Positions 20,981 through 30,147 of a stretch of 60,825 nucleotides of DNA are shown in pieces. A model generated the notes under the pieces. The model saw only the letters and a program-made list of their open reading frames with translations, was not told the origin of the DNA and did no database searches. The translations under genes were made by a program, and so were the position numbers. Numbering within the stretch: position 1 is the first letter of the stretch; each line of letters begins with the position of its first letter. This stretch comes from a virus (taxonomy: Duplodnaviria; Caudoviricetes). The stretch is from positions 1 through 60,825 of the IMG/VR virus record IMGVR_UViG_3300016469_000245; one strand, 5' to 3'.

Positions 20981-23434
20981 TTACCCCTCCTTGCCGGGGA
21001 TCAGTCCGAAGTCGCCGCGTGCGATCACGCCGGCATCGCTCGGGTCCGCCTTGGCGACGCTCGCATCCATCGACACCGACGGGCGAGCGCGCGAGCCGCT
21101 CGTGGCGCTGAAGCTGCCCGGACGGCGCAGGCTCGACACCAGCTCGCGCGATCCTCCGGGGATCGGCTGATCCTTCGGGTTCGGCGGCGGCGCGACGGTC
21201 ATCGTCTGGAGCTTCAGCATGTATTCGCGCTCGGCCATCTGGATCGTGTGCGAGAGCGCCTCGCGCTGCATGTAGAGTTCGGCGCGCTTGAGCTGGTTCT
21301 TCTCGCGCTCGATGGCGAGGTCCAGCTTCACCAGCTCCAGCTCCAGCTCCTTCATCGCCATGTCGAACTGCATACGCACGTTCGCCAGCTTCTCGGCGTT
21401 CTGCACCGTCATCTGTGCGACCGCGATGCGCGCCTCCGCGGCGATGCGCGCGACGTTCTCCTTCGACTGGAGTTCGAGCTGCTTGCCCTCGACCATCGCC
21501 GTGAGCTGCTCCACCTGCTGCCGGAGCTGCGCCACCTGCGGGTCTTCCTGCCCTTCCGCGAGGCTCGGGAAGAAGCGAGCGGCGTCACGGTATCCGAGCG
21601 CGCCGAACACTTCCTGCGTGATCTCGCCCACGTCCGCGGTCTGAAGCATCTGCGGGAACATGCCCGCGATGGTCTGGAGACCGACGGACATCTTCTCGAC
21701 GCGCTTGATCGGGTTCGTCGCGCCGAAGCCCGCGTTCACCATCACGCGGCTCGGTGTCTCCAGCGCGCGGAACACTTGCCCGGCCTCCGCTTGCAGCCGT
21801 GCGCCCACCAGCGCGGCGACGGTCTGGTCCGTCTCCCACAGCTTGATGAGGTCCGCCGTCTGCCGCAGCAACGGCTCCACGAAGGTCTCGCTGAAGCTCC
21901 GCACGGACAGCTCGGTGAGCACGTTCGCGCCCTCGCCGAGCATCGTCATGCCGCCGACCGTTTCGTTGAGCTGGCGGTTCGCGCCGACCGACGCGCCGGA
22001 GAAGTTGCCGATGAGGTCGTCCATCTCCAGTTGGAGAAGGTTGTGCTCTTCGAGCGATCCGCGGCCGGGCTCGGGCGCGCGGTCCCACTTCACGTCGGTA
22101 CCGGGGTTGTTCGTCTCGATCACGCCGGCCGGCACGAAGCGCGTGAGCGCGTCCATGTCCACGGCCGATCCGCGGCGCACGAAGTAGCGACCCATCGTCG
22201 CCATCTTGGTCGCGTCGAGCCGCAGGTTCGCGGTCTCGTTGATCTCTTCCTGCACCGGCTGGAGCATCCGCACCATGCCGTCGGGCATCGGGTTGTGCGA
22301 CTCGATCACCGAGTAGCCCATCACGTAGGGGCGATACCCGCGCGGGTCGATCTCCGACAGCGGCACCGGGTCGCTGAGAAGCATCTCCGTGCCGATGGTG
22401 TCGTACACGTAGTCCTCGCCATCGACGCGCATGATGTTGCGGTGGACCCACGCCACGGCGTACTCGCGCAGGCCGTTCGATGCGTCGAAGCGATCCTGTC
22501 GCGTGCCCTCGCGCGCAGCGCGCAGGGAGTCCCACGATTGCTTCATGCCCGCCAGCAGCTCGCCGTCGGAGTAGTCACGGTAGCGCAGGCTCGGGCGGAT
22601 GCGGTCGTTGCGCATCCGCTCCCGGATGTCGCACACGTACATCGGGATGATCTCGATGATGTACGGGCTGGAGTTGATCGGGTCAAGCCAGTCGGCCGCG
22701 GGGTCCACGCGGAAGTTCTCGGCCGGGATCAGCGTGATCTGCGGCCGGTCCTCCACCACCCTGTTCTCCGTGATGAGCTTGGTCTCGCCGTTCGCGTCCC
22801 GCTCGGAGAAGTAGCTGGTGGACTCCCGGTACTGCCACGCGGTCTTCGCCACGACGAAGCCCTGCCGAGCCGCGTCTTGCAGCGCGCCGATGATGAGCGG
22901 GAAGAACTTCACCGACTCGGAGAGTCGGTAGTTCAGCAGCGCCTCCTGAATCTTCGCGTCGCGCACCGCGGCCTTGTCGCCGGAGTTCACCGCGCCGATG
23001 GAGATCGCGTCGCCAGTCGAGAAGAACGCCAGCGCGGCGGCGGCTTCCTGCTTGCGCACCATCGCGCGCGTCTTCGGGCGGAACATCTTCGAGCGCTTCG
23101 CGAAGCTCGGGAGATGGTACTTGCTGCCCGCGGGATGCTCGCTGCGGTACAGCGCGTGCGCGTCCTCGATTCGCTTGCGCACCGCGCTGTCGAAGAACGT
23201 CGTGCTCGTCGTGTAGCACTCGCTCGCCATCCGCACCCATCGCGAATCGGAGAGGTCGGCTGGCTGTGCCGACTGCATCACCGTCGGCCGCTGCGGGATG
23301 AGGCCCTCCGACATCACGTCGATCATGTCCGCCATGCCGCCTGTGTTCGGCGCATTCACCGGCTCGGCCGATGACGGCGGCGTCGGATCGCGGAACCCTT
23401 CGAGCCGTGATTCGCTGGACGGTTGCGAGCGCAT
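20981..23434 (-). CDS. Portal protein (P22-like, with C-terminal coiled coil)
   Basis: RSKMFRPKTR, IPAENFRVDPAADW, LQPVQEEINETANLRLD, NETVGGM; 817 aa. Confidence 0.9.
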   Translation of the reverse strand: MRSQPSSESRLEGFRDPTPPSSAEPVNAPNTGGMADMIDVMSEGLIPQRPTVMQSAQPADLSDSRWVRMASECYTTSTTFFDSAVRKRIEDAHALYRSEHPAGSKYHLPSFAKRSKMFRPKTRAMVRKQEAAAALAFFSTGDAISIGAVNSGDKAAVRDAKIQEALLNYRLSESVKFFPLIIGALQDAARQGFVVAKTAWQYRESTSYFSERDANGETKLITENRVVEDRPQITLIPAENFRVDPAADWLDPINSSPYIIEIIPMYVCDIRERMRNDRIRPSLRYRDYSDGELLAGMKQSWDSLRAAREGTRQDRFDASNGLREYAVAWVHRNIMRVDGEDYVYDTIGTEMLLSDPVPLSEIDPRGYRPYVMGYSVIESHNPMPDGMVRMLQPVQEEINETANLRLDATKMATMGRYFVRRGSAVDMDALTRFVPAGVIETNNPGTDVKWDRAPEPGRGSLEEHNLLQLEMDDLIGNFSGASVGANRQLNETVGGMTMLGEGANVLTELSVRSFSETFVEPLLRQTADLIKLWETDQTVAALVGARLQAEAGQVFRALETPSRVMVNAGFGATNPIKRVEKMSVGLQTIAGMFPQMLQTADVGEITQEVFGALGYRDAARFFPSLAEGQEDPQVAQLRQQVEQLTAMVEGKQLELQSKENVARIAAEARIAVAQMTVQNAEKLANVRMQFDMAMKELELELVKLDLAIEREKNQLKRAELYMQREALSHTIQMAEREYMLKLQTMTVAPPPNPKDQPIPGGSRELVSSLRRPGSFSATSGSRARPSVSMDASVAKADPSDAGVIARGDFGLIPGKEG

Positions 23435-23437
23435 GGC

Positions 23438-24022
23438 TTACCCCTTGATCTGGAGGATGACGCCCGACGATCCGTCGGAGCCTGTGGCATCGGTCACGAA
23501 CTCGGCGCGGCCTTCGGCCACCGCCAGCTCGATCTCGGCTTGCGTGCGCTTGCGACCTTTCGGCAGACAGTCCGGGCGGATCAGCACGTTCCCGAGCTGG
23601 TCGCGCGGAAGCGCTGCGAAGCGGTCCTCATTGAACGCGCTTCCCTCGTAGCCGAAGGCGCGCAGCAGCTCGGCGCCCGCCTTGCGCACGGCGCGCAAGT
23701 TCGGGTCATCGCGAAGATCGTCCATGCGGATCGTGTAGCCGAACGCTTCGCCAGCCGGGCGCGGCTGCATGGAGAGGTTGAGTATGTTGATGACTTGCCC
23801 GCGGTTGTCGGGCTGCACGCCCCACCGCCATCCGGGATAGTGCTTGCACAGCACGTTCATCGCTTCCTTCGCGATGATGTGCATCGACGCATGGAGGTTC
23901 ACCAGCTCATCGGGATGCAGCGCGAGGCCCTCCGGCTCGGCGCCTTCGTCTCGGATCGCGCCCCGCTCGGAACGAGGCGTGGAGACGCCCGCTCTCCGAT
24001 ACAGCTCGGTCAGGATACCCAT
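23438..24022 (-). CDS. Hypothetical protein
   Basis: GGAGG RBS before ATG 24022; LCKHYPGWRWGV and KAGAELL motifs. Confidence 0.65.
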   Translation of the reverse strand: MGILTELYRRAGVSTPRSERGAIRDEGAEPEGLALHPDELVNLHASMHIIAKEAMNVLCKHYPGWRWGVQPDNRGQVINILNLSMQPRPAGEAFGYTIRMDDLRDDPNLRAVRKAGAELLRAFGYEGSAFNEDRFAALPRDQLGNVLIRPDCLPKGRKRTQAEIELAVAEGRAEFVTDATGSDGSSGVILQIKG

Positions 24023-24291
24023 AGCGCCTCCACAGCCAACCCGATCAACGGAATCAGCGTCGCCCCAAAGCGCCGGCTCATCGTGACCACGCGGTCCGGC
24101 ATCGTCGCCATGACGACGAGCCAGAAGAGCACCAGCTTGATGACCAAGTGCATGTTGCACATCGCAAGCGCAACGAAGTGCGATCCGTTGATGAAGATCG
24201 CAGCTTCCGGCGACGTGTTGCGATGCCAGCTCATCGCGAGGTACGCGATGATCGACGCGCAGAGAAAGAGCGCGATGGTGAGCGTGCTCAC
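24010..24291 (-). CDS. Small multi-pass membrane protein
   Basis: 93 aa with about three hydrophobic segments; AAGGAG RBS. Confidence 0.6.
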   Translation of the reverse strand: MSTLTIALFLCASIIAYLAMSWHRNTSPEAAIFINGSHFVALAMCNMHLVIKLVLFWLVVMATMPDRVVTMSRRFGATLIPLIGLAVEALWVS

Positions 24292-24452
24292 TCGTAAGGC
24301 TCCTTCTCGACGAAGATGCGGTTGCCGAACCGATAGACTTCGGGCTCGTCCGGGCGGTTGCCTTCGGCCGTGTCCACGATGGTCTGCCAGTCGGTTTGCC
24401 GGACGCCGTGGCCTCCGGGATCGATGTCTTGCTTGGGCTCAGGCTGGCTCAT
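24288..24452 (-). CDS. Small acidic protein (not in ORF track)
   Basis: GGAG RBS; MSQPEPKQDIDPGGHG...EKEPYE, 54 aa; stop overlaps the next GTG. Confidence 0.55.
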   Translation of the reverse strand: MSQPEPKQDIDPGGHGVRQTDWQTIVDTAEGNRPDEPEVYRFGNRIFVEKEPYE

Positions 24453-24530
24453 GACGTTCTCCAGTGCGCGGGGCGCCGCCGCAGGGGGCGCGAGGAAGGG
24501 GAAACCCGGCGGCGGGCCCGCGCGCTACGA

Positions 24531-26069
24531 TCATACCGCATCCGGTTCTGCACTCCGTGTCCCCGCCAGCCGGGACGGCACCTTCTGGAAGAAGGTCAAC
24601 GCGAGCGCGTCGGCCGCGTCCGGCGACGGCACTCCGCGCGCCTTCATGTCTTCCTTCGACTCCAGCAGCTCAAGCTGCGTCGTGCGCTGGTACGTGTAGG
24701 TCGGCGCGAGGATGTCGGATTGCAGCATCGGGTCATCCGGGATGTCGGCGCCCTTGAGCCAGTCGCGCATCCGGGCCCACATCACGATCCGCATGTTCGC
24801 GTAGACCTTCTTCTCGCTAGGGTCTTCCGGCTTCGATCCGCTGTGGACTTCCACCACGTTCTGCACGCCCATCTGCACGAGCCGGTCGTACACGCCAGAG
24901 CCCATGCCCGTAGCGTCCACGAAGATCACGTCCGGGGCGAAGTCGCGTATCGCCGTCATCACGCGCGACGCCACCGCCATGAGGTCGCGCACGTTGAGTC
25001 GGATGATGGTCGGGTGCATCTTCCGCCCGACGCGGAGCACGATCACGCTACTGTCGTCTCCCTGCCGCGCCACGTCAACGCCCATGATGCGCGGCACCGT
25101 GCGCGGCACGTCCTTCCATTCGATCTTGCGCTTGACCGCTTCCGCGACATCGACCGGGCTGATGAACTGGCTGAACGCCTGATGCGGGAACATGCCGCGC
25201 ACGCGGACGCGCACGAAGTCGCTGTCTTCGCCGTGGTCCTCGATCCACTCCGTGAGCTGCTGCCTGTTCGTGAACGTCACGGTTCGCGAGTCCACCGTGT
25301 ACGTCTTCCATCGGTGGCGGAACCTGTGATGCGAGTCGTGGAAGCCGCCGCTGCTCTCGGTCGGGTTGCCGAACGCGAAGAACAAACATCGGCCCGACGT
25401 GAGTCCACCTTCCGCGACTTCCCAAATCTTCGGCGCGATGCCCGACGCTTCGTCGAAGACGAACATCACGTACTTCTCGTGCGTGCCGGCGAACGCCTGT
25501 GAGTTCGCCTCCGACCACGGCACCTTCGCAGCGAACCACAGCTCGCCGTCGTCGCGATGCCTGTAGCGCGTGGCCGTCCACTCGAACATCCACCCGTTGA
25601 TCGCGTGCTTCTGCCACTTGCGCAGCTCGCGCCACGTCTTCGTGTCGAGCTGGTTCTCGGTGGACGCCGTGACCACGATCTGCGGTCGGACGTGCGTCGA
25701 GATGAACCAGTGGATGATCCACGCCACTAACGCCGTCTTGCCGACACCGTGACCCGTCGCGACGCTCACCTTGATGACCGTGTTGAGCGCTTCCTCCGGC
25801 GACAGTCCGTTCGTCAGTCTCTCTTGCAGGTCCATGAGGACGTTGCGCTGCCACGTCTCCGGGTAGCGCCGCTCAAGGTCCGTGCCGCGCTCGCCCCACG
25901 GGTAGCACGCCAGCACCCAATCCCACGGACGATCACGGAACGAGATCACCCACTCGGCGAACTGCTGCGCCTCTTCCTTCGTCTTGAAGGTCGGCGGATC
26001 GACCGAGTGAATCTCTTCGACCTTGATCGGTCGAGCGAGGTCTTCGAGCTTGAATGCTGGAACGCTCAC
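24531..26069 (-). CDS. terL: Terminase large subunit
   Basis: PETWQ Q-motif, ATGHGVGKT Walker A, FVFDEASG Walker B, GNPT, GVDVARQGDD and SPDAADAL nuclease motifs; GTG start inferred from a GTGA overlap. Confidence 0.95.
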   Translation of the reverse strand: MSVPAFKLEDLARPIKVEEIHSVDPPTFKTKEEAQQFAEWVISFRDRPWDWVLACYPWGERGTDLERRYPETWQRNVLMDLQERLTNGLSPEEALNTVIKVSVATGHGVGKTALVAWIIHWFISTHVRPQIVVTASTENQLDTKTWRELRKWQKHAINGWMFEWTATRYRHRDDGELWFAAKVPWSEANSQAFAGTHEKYVMFVFDEASGIAPKIWEVAEGGLTSGRCLFFAFGNPTESSGGFHDSHHRFRHRWKTYTVDSRTVTFTNRQQLTEWIEDHGEDSDFVRVRVRGMFPHQAFSQFISPVDVAEAVKRKIEWKDVPRTVPRIMGVDVARQGDDSSVIVLRVGRKMHPTIIRLNVRDLMAVASRVMTAIRDFAPDVIFVDATGMGSGVYDRLVQMGVQNVVEVHSGSKPEDPSEKKVYANMRIVMWARMRDWLKGADIPDDPMLQSDILAPTYTYQRTTQLELLESKEDMKARGVPSPDAADALALTFFQKVPSRLAGTRSAEPDAV

Positions 26070-26224
26070 TTCCACCAGCTCATCGCGTCGATCATGCGTT
26101 GCGGCATGAGATGGAAGCGGAAGCTCTCGGCGAGCGGCCACCAGCCGATAGCGTGCGCAATGGCCTCCGATAGCACCGTGCGGCGCATGACGCCGGTGGG
26201 GGATGGCAGCGCTTTCTGGCTCAC
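26066..26224 (-). CDS. Small hypothetical protein (not in ORF track)
   Basis: MSQKALPSPTG...MSWWK, 52 aa, with GTGA overlaps at both ends. Confidence 0.5.
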   Translation of the reverse strand: MSQKALPSPTGVMRRTVLSEAIAHAIGWWPLAESFRFHLMPQRMIDAMSWWK

Positions 26225-26505
26225 GTGGTCAGTCTCCTGATGATTTGCAGCACGTCGTCGATGGAGTGCGCCACGTCATACTGACCGCGCCACTCCGCCC
26301 GGAAGATGAGCTGCTTGTCCGTGAGCTTGCGCGCGCTCGGCGGCTTCGCTCCGTCCTTCAGCTCGATGAGGATGTTCTTGCCCCTGTAGCCGACGAGAAG
26401 ATCGCAGTTGTGCAGCCGAATCACCGACGCGCCAATCTGCTTGAGCGCGCGCACGATCTCGGGCTCGTTCTCGTCTCTCCTGCCGATGCGCCCGTATTGG
26501 CTCAT
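26221..26505 (-). CDS. VRR-NUC / PD-(D/E)XK nuclease, Holliday junction resolvase-like
   Basis: RRDENEPEIV, CDLLVGYRG, LIELKDG, LTDKQ. Confidence 0.85.
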   Translation of the reverse strand: MSQYGRIGRRDENEPEIVRALKQIGASVIRLHNCDLLVGYRGKNILIELKDGAKPPSARKLTDKQLIFRAEWRGQYDVAHSIDDVLQIIRRLTT

Positions 26506-26765
26506 TCCTTCGGCCTCGTCAGCATGTCCGCGCCCCACTGGAGAAGCCCGAGCGCTTCGAGATGCGTCGTCCGAATACCGACCGTCACCGGCCGCTTCAC
26601 GACGCCCTCGCGCGTCTGCATCACGAACGTAATCCGCATGGGATGCGCTTCGTCGTCGGCTTCGAGCCCATCCACGAACTCGCGCAGCGCGGCGATGATC
26701 GACGCCTTGTCGTTCTGGAACGTCGAGCCGTCCGGGTAGTTGCGCACCACCGCCACTTCACCCAC
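26502..26765 (-). CDS. Hypothetical protein
   Basis: 87 aa, overlaps both neighbours. Confidence 0.55.
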   Translation of the reverse strand: MGEVAVVRNYPDGSTFQNDKASIIAALREFVDGLEADDEAHPMRITFVMQTREGVVKRPVTVGIRTTHLEALGLLQWGADMLTRPKE

Positions 26766-27183
26766 CGGCCTTCTCCGGCTGCCCGAACGGACACCACACC
26801 TTGATCCCCGCGGCTTGCGCGATCCGGATCATGTGCGCTGTGCCGCTGCCACCGGGGAACGCCACCACAGCGTCCGCCCCGAGCGCGACCATGTACGTGT
26901 TGCGCTGCGGCCCGGCCGCGTCGCCCCACTTCGACCAATTCGCCGGGTAGCCCTCGAAGCTCACTTCGTTCCTCATCGCCCACGCCAGCGCGGCAGCGTC
27001 GGCGCCGTGGGCTGCACCCGTGACGATGTGCAGGCCGGGATGCTTGCGCTTCAGGCTGTCGAGCACGTCACACAGCTTCGCCAGCTCGTCGAGCGCACCG
27101 GACCGGCTGGTCTTGCGACTGTCCGTCGCGACCTTCGCGTAGTCCCGCCCACCGCACACGATCACGCGGAATCGCTCGGTCAT
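26758..27183 (-). CDS. SLOG-family protein (YspA/DUF2493-like)
   Basis: VIVCGGRDY, IVTGAAHGAD, AAGPQRN, VVAFPGGSGTAHM. Confidence 0.88.
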   Translation of the reverse strand: MTERFRVIVCGGRDYAKVATDSRKTSRSGALDELAKLCDVLDSLKRKHPGLHIVTGAAHGADAAALAWAMRNEVSFEGYPANWSKWGDAAGPQRNTYMVALGADAVVAFPGGSGTAHMIRIAQAAGIKVWCPFGQPEKAGG

Positions 27184-27290
27184 AGCATCGAGCCTCGCGC
27201 AATCCATCCCCATGCGAATCCGCCAGCACCCGCGGCGATCATGCCGATCAGGCACCAGAACAGCGTCTCCCAATCGTCCTTCTTCTTCAT
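27180..27290 (-). CDS. 36-aa single-pass membrane peptide
   Basis: MKKKDDWETLFWCLIGMIAAGAGGFAWGWIARGSML; ATGA overlaps at both ends. Confidence 0.55.
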   Translation of the reverse strand: MKKKDDWETLFWCLIGMIAAGAGGFAWGWIARGSML

Positions 27291-27550
27291 GTGTCGCTCC
27301 CGAAGAGCATCACCGCGAACATGGAGCCGCCGCGGCCGTCGTGGCTGACCGGGATCGCCTCGATGTCCCGGAACCCGATGCGGTACCGCTCGGGCGGTGC
27401 GGCTGCGTCCGCCACCTTCGCCGTCAGCGTGAGCGTCTTCACCCCGGCCGGCGGCTTCGAGGGAAGAGGGATAGCCTGCCCGTGCAGGCTACCCCCGATG
27501 CAGAAGCCGACCCACGGGATCGGCTTCTCGTGCTGCGGGCTCGCGATCAC
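27287..27550 (-). CDS. Hypothetical protein
   Basis: 87 aa with CIGGSLHG motif. Confidence 0.55.
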   Translation of the reverse strand: MIASPQHEKPIPWVGFCIGGSLHGQAIPLPSKPPAGVKTLTLTAKVADAAAPPERYRIGFRDIEAIPVSHDGRGGSMFAVMLFGSDT

Positions 27551-28122
27551 AGCGTGACGCCGATCTTCGCGAAGAACCCGTCGATGTCACGCCACAGCCG
27601 TTCGAGGTTGTTCGTGTACGTGACCGGGAGCGCCGCGACGTAGCCGCCTTGCAGCGGACCATCGCCGAGCGGCACGTGGCACAGGCTCATCCCGGTGTCC
27701 TGCATCGCACCGGCCGGGCCCACGCTGAAGTTGTGCATCTCTTGCAGCTTCGCACGCTGCTTGTCCGTGAGGTCCAGTCGCGTCACCCCGGTCTCGTTCG
27801 TCGGGTAGATGCTCGCGCTGGCGTAGAAGCCGACCGGCCACGCCACGCGACGGCGCGTCCACTGGCGCAGGGAGAAGTCGTAGTCCTGCCCTTCGGCGAT
27901 CCCGCCCGGATACATCGCTTCCGCCTTCGCGGCCAGCAGCGCCACACGAGGCGGCACCCACAGGCCATCGGGGCCGAGCGGCGACGTTGCCGGGTCTTCG
28001 GTGCCCGTGGGGTTGTTCCCGCCACCGGCGAGCACCAGCAGCTCTTCGACGCGGGTCGTGAGGTTCAGCAGCTCATCGCGCACGGGTAGCAGTGCGCTTA
28101 CCAGCTCTTCGCGCTTCAGCAT
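27547..28122 (-). CDS. Hypothetical protein
   Basis: GGAG RBS before ATG 28122 (MLKREELV). Confidence 0.6.
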   Translation of the reverse strand: MLKREELVSALLPVRDELLNLTTRVEELLVLAGGGNNPTGTEDPATSPLGPDGLWVPPRVALLAAKAEAMYPGGIAEGQDYDFSLRQWTRRRVAWPVGFYASASIYPTNETGVTRLDLTDKQRAKLQEMHNFSVGPAGAMQDTGMSLCHVPLGDGPLQGGYVAALPVTYTNNLERLWRDIDGFFAKIGVTL

Positions 28123-28248
28123 GTTCGATCTCCAGTTGATTGACTCGGGCCTCCATCTCGCGACAGAGGGACAACAGCTCGTGCCACAGCATGAGCGAGC
28201 TGCGCTCGCCGCGCAATCTGCGCGCGTCGATTGCATCACTGCGCGGCG

Positions 28249-28323
28249 TGGAGCGGGCGATGGGACTTGAACCCACAGCGGGCAGCTTGGAAGGCTGCTG
28301 CTCTACCTTTGAGCTACGCCCGC
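28249..28323 (-). tRNA. tRNA-Gly (anticodon TCC)
   Basis: GCGGGCG/CGCCCGC acceptor stem, GCTC/GAGC D-arm, GCAGC-CT-TCC-AA-GCTGC anticodon arm, TTCAAGT T-loop, U73 discriminator and encoded CCA. Confidence 0.95.
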
Positions 28324-28326
28324 GCT

Positions 28327-28557
28327 TCACCACGTCTTTTTCCTCGCGACCCACTCCGGATGCAGAAGCGACGGCCACTTCTCGATCTGGTCCCCTGCAA
28401 GAACAACATCGCCAAGCGCTGCGAAGATCACTCGCGCCATGAAGTCCTCCGTCATGCCTGTGATCGCGCAAGCGCCGAAGTAGTGCGACGGTTGCGGCAA
28501 ATTGAACGAGAGCTTGCCCTGCGCGTCTCGCCTCTCGATTATCCACAGCGTCGTCAT
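28327..28557 (-). CDS. Hypothetical protein
   Basis: MTTLWIIER start with ATGA overlap. Confidence 0.55.
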   Translation of the reverse strand: MTTLWIIERRDAQGKLSFNLPQPSHYFGACAITGMTEDFMARVIFAALGDVVLAGDQIEKWPSLLHPEWVARKKTW

Positions 28558-28802
28558 CTCCAGCTCTCCGGAAACTGCATCTCGGCGATCTCGTTCGCGC
28601 ACGTGCGGCAGATGTGCGAGTCGATGTCGCTTCGCGTTTCGAGCGGCAGAAGCGCGACGGGAACATTGCGGTAGTTGTCACCGGTGGAGCTGTGGTCACG
28701 CGCACTCGCAAGGCGATTCGAGAAGCCGACGGCAGCGCCGCAGCTATCGTCGCCGATCTCCTGCCTGCACAGGTTGCACACGTAGCGCTTGAACGTCGTC
28801 AT
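28554..28802 (-). CDS. Zinc-finger protein
   Basis: YVCNLC ... HICRTC. Confidence 0.65.
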   Translation of the reverse strand: MTTFKRYVCNLCRQEIGDDSCGAAVGFSNRLASARDHSSTGDNYRNVPVALLPLETRSDIDSHICRTCANEIAEMQFPESWR

Positions 28803-29308
28803 CACAACGCTCTCCGCCGGTCGATCTCCGCGGCCACCAGCGCGCCGGCCTTCTCCAGCTCCCGGATGCGCTCGGCTTCGGTGTCGCCCTTCCCCATCTT
28901 GAACGCTTCCGCGTCCCACGTGGACGGCCACGTCCACACCGGCCACATCCCCGTCATCGGGTGCCGAACTGCGCCCTCGTGCATCCGCTCGCGATACTGG
29001 CGCCGCACGCCCGGCTTCGAGATCGCCGCCGCTACGTAGGTCGTCGCCGCGAGCCCAAGCTCGCCGGCCCGGTTGTGCTCCGCGTCGTGCATCCGGGACA
29101 ACGCCTCGCCGCCCGCCTGCATCGGCGCCTGCTGCCGCGCGCGCTCTTGCAGCACGGCCCATGCACCGGGCCCGGCGCGCTCGATGTCGGTCAGCACGCC
29201 GAGCGCTCTCTGCATCCCCGGATGCCTCACCATCTGATCCGACGCCGACAGGCTGTCGAGCCTGCTCCGCAGTTCTTCGGCGAGCGCCCTGATTTCGTTG
29301 AAGATCAT
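28802..29308 (-). CDS. Conserved phage helical protein (ERxRQ...GEL..AA...WP...KAGALxxAEIxR family)
   Basis: ERARQQ, HDAEH, GELGLAA, WPSTW, ELEKAGALVAAEIDR; AAGGGAG RBS. Confidence 0.7.
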   Translation of the reverse strand: MIFNEIRALAEELRSRLDSLSASDQMVRHPGMQRALGVLTDIERAGPGAWAVLQERARQQAPMQAGGEALSRMHDAEHNRAGELGLAATTYVAAAISKPGVRRQYRERMHEGAVRHPMTGMWPVWTWPSTWDAEAFKMGKGDTEAERIRELEKAGALVAAEIDRRRAL

Positions 29309-29340
29309 GCGCGTATCTCCCTTGCGTGGTTGTGCGCGTA

Positions 29341-29637
29341 TCACGACGCGCGTATCGGCTCGACGTGGCGATACCACCACGCCTTGAACTTACCCGTGGT
29401 GTCGTTCTCCACGATGACGGCAGCGCCATGATCTTCCCATCCGGCGACGTGCCCGTCGAACTGCCCGCGACTGTGCGTCACGCGCACCGCCATCCCGAAC
29501 GGGAACTCGCGCTCCAGCACTTCGCGCAGCTTCTTGCGCGCGAGATTCACGGCATCGCACGCCTTCTCCACTGCCTTGTTCTGTTTTGTCGCGTAGCCTT
29601 CCACGTTGATCTCCCTTGAATGATTCGCGCGTATCAA
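29341..29637 (-). CDS. Hypothetical protein
   Basis: ORF in the early leftward array; true start may be the GTG after AAGGGAG near 29604. Confidence 0.55.
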   Translation of the reverse strand: MIRANHSREINVEGYATKQNKAVEKACDAVNLARKKLREVLEREFPFGMAVRVTHSRGQFDGHVAGWEDHGAAVIVENDTTGKFKAWWYRHVEPIRAS

Positions 29638-29909
29638 TGCTTCTCGCGGTCGGGGTGCGTGCCGAACACGATCCCCGCCTTCGTCATCGCGACCATCGCG
29701 CGTTCGATGGTGTCGGGCTTCATGTTCTTCCCGGCCACCATCTGGCCGGCGTGGAATGCCGGATCGGCGACGCGCAGCTCGTCGGCCTCGATGATGTCGA
29801 GGATGTCCTTGCAGCTCTCCGGCGTGTCGTGCATCTCCACGGTCGGGTGCAGGGCGCGAAGGAATTGCAGCGCGCGGTGTCTCTCACACGTGGCGAACAT
29901 GAATTGCAT
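29634..29909 (-). CDS. Hypothetical protein
   Basis: 91 aa, AAGGGAG RBS. Confidence 0.65.
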   Translation of the reverse strand: MQFMFATCERHRALQFLRALHPTVEMHDTPESCKDILDIIEADELRVADPAFHAGQMVAGKNMKPDTIERAMVAMTKAGIVFGTHPDREKH

Positions 29910-29936
29910 GGCGATCTCCCTTGTTGAGTGCGCGTA

Positions 29937-30140
29937 TCAGTATTCCAAGTCCACGTAGAACTCGAAGCCGCACTTCGGGCACGACACTTCCACGTCGCGC
30001 GTCTTCTCCGTGCCGTGCTCCGCGATCTCGAACGGCGCGTCGCACATGAAGCCGGCGGTCTCCAGCAAGTCCACGTACTTCGTGCAGGCAGGGCACTCCA
30101 CGTTCAGCTCTACCGACCACACCGCTTTCCGGTTAGCCAT
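29937..30140 (-). CDS. Zinc-ribbon protein
   Basis: ECPAC ... SCPKCG. Confidence 0.65.
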   Translation of the reverse strand: MANRKAVWSVELNVECPACTKYVDLLETAGFMCDAPFEIAEHGTEKTRDVEVSCPKCGFEFYVDLEY

Positions 30141-30147
30141 GTGCGTA

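Noticed and set aside
20027-23374. 1115-aa plus-strand ORF and other long antisense ORFs (14552-16432, 33005-35533, 49878-51932, 57696-60278)
   Set aside because: Expected from stop-codon scarcity opposite high-GC genes; no recognisable motifs
28249-28323. tRNA as a prophage attachment site
   Set aside because: No integrase, no duplicated tRNA 3' end and no host genes in the window
28073-28711. 212-aa ORF running through the tRNA
   Set aside because: Overlaps the tRNA and better-supported small ORFs; at most its last ~39 codons could be a real peptide
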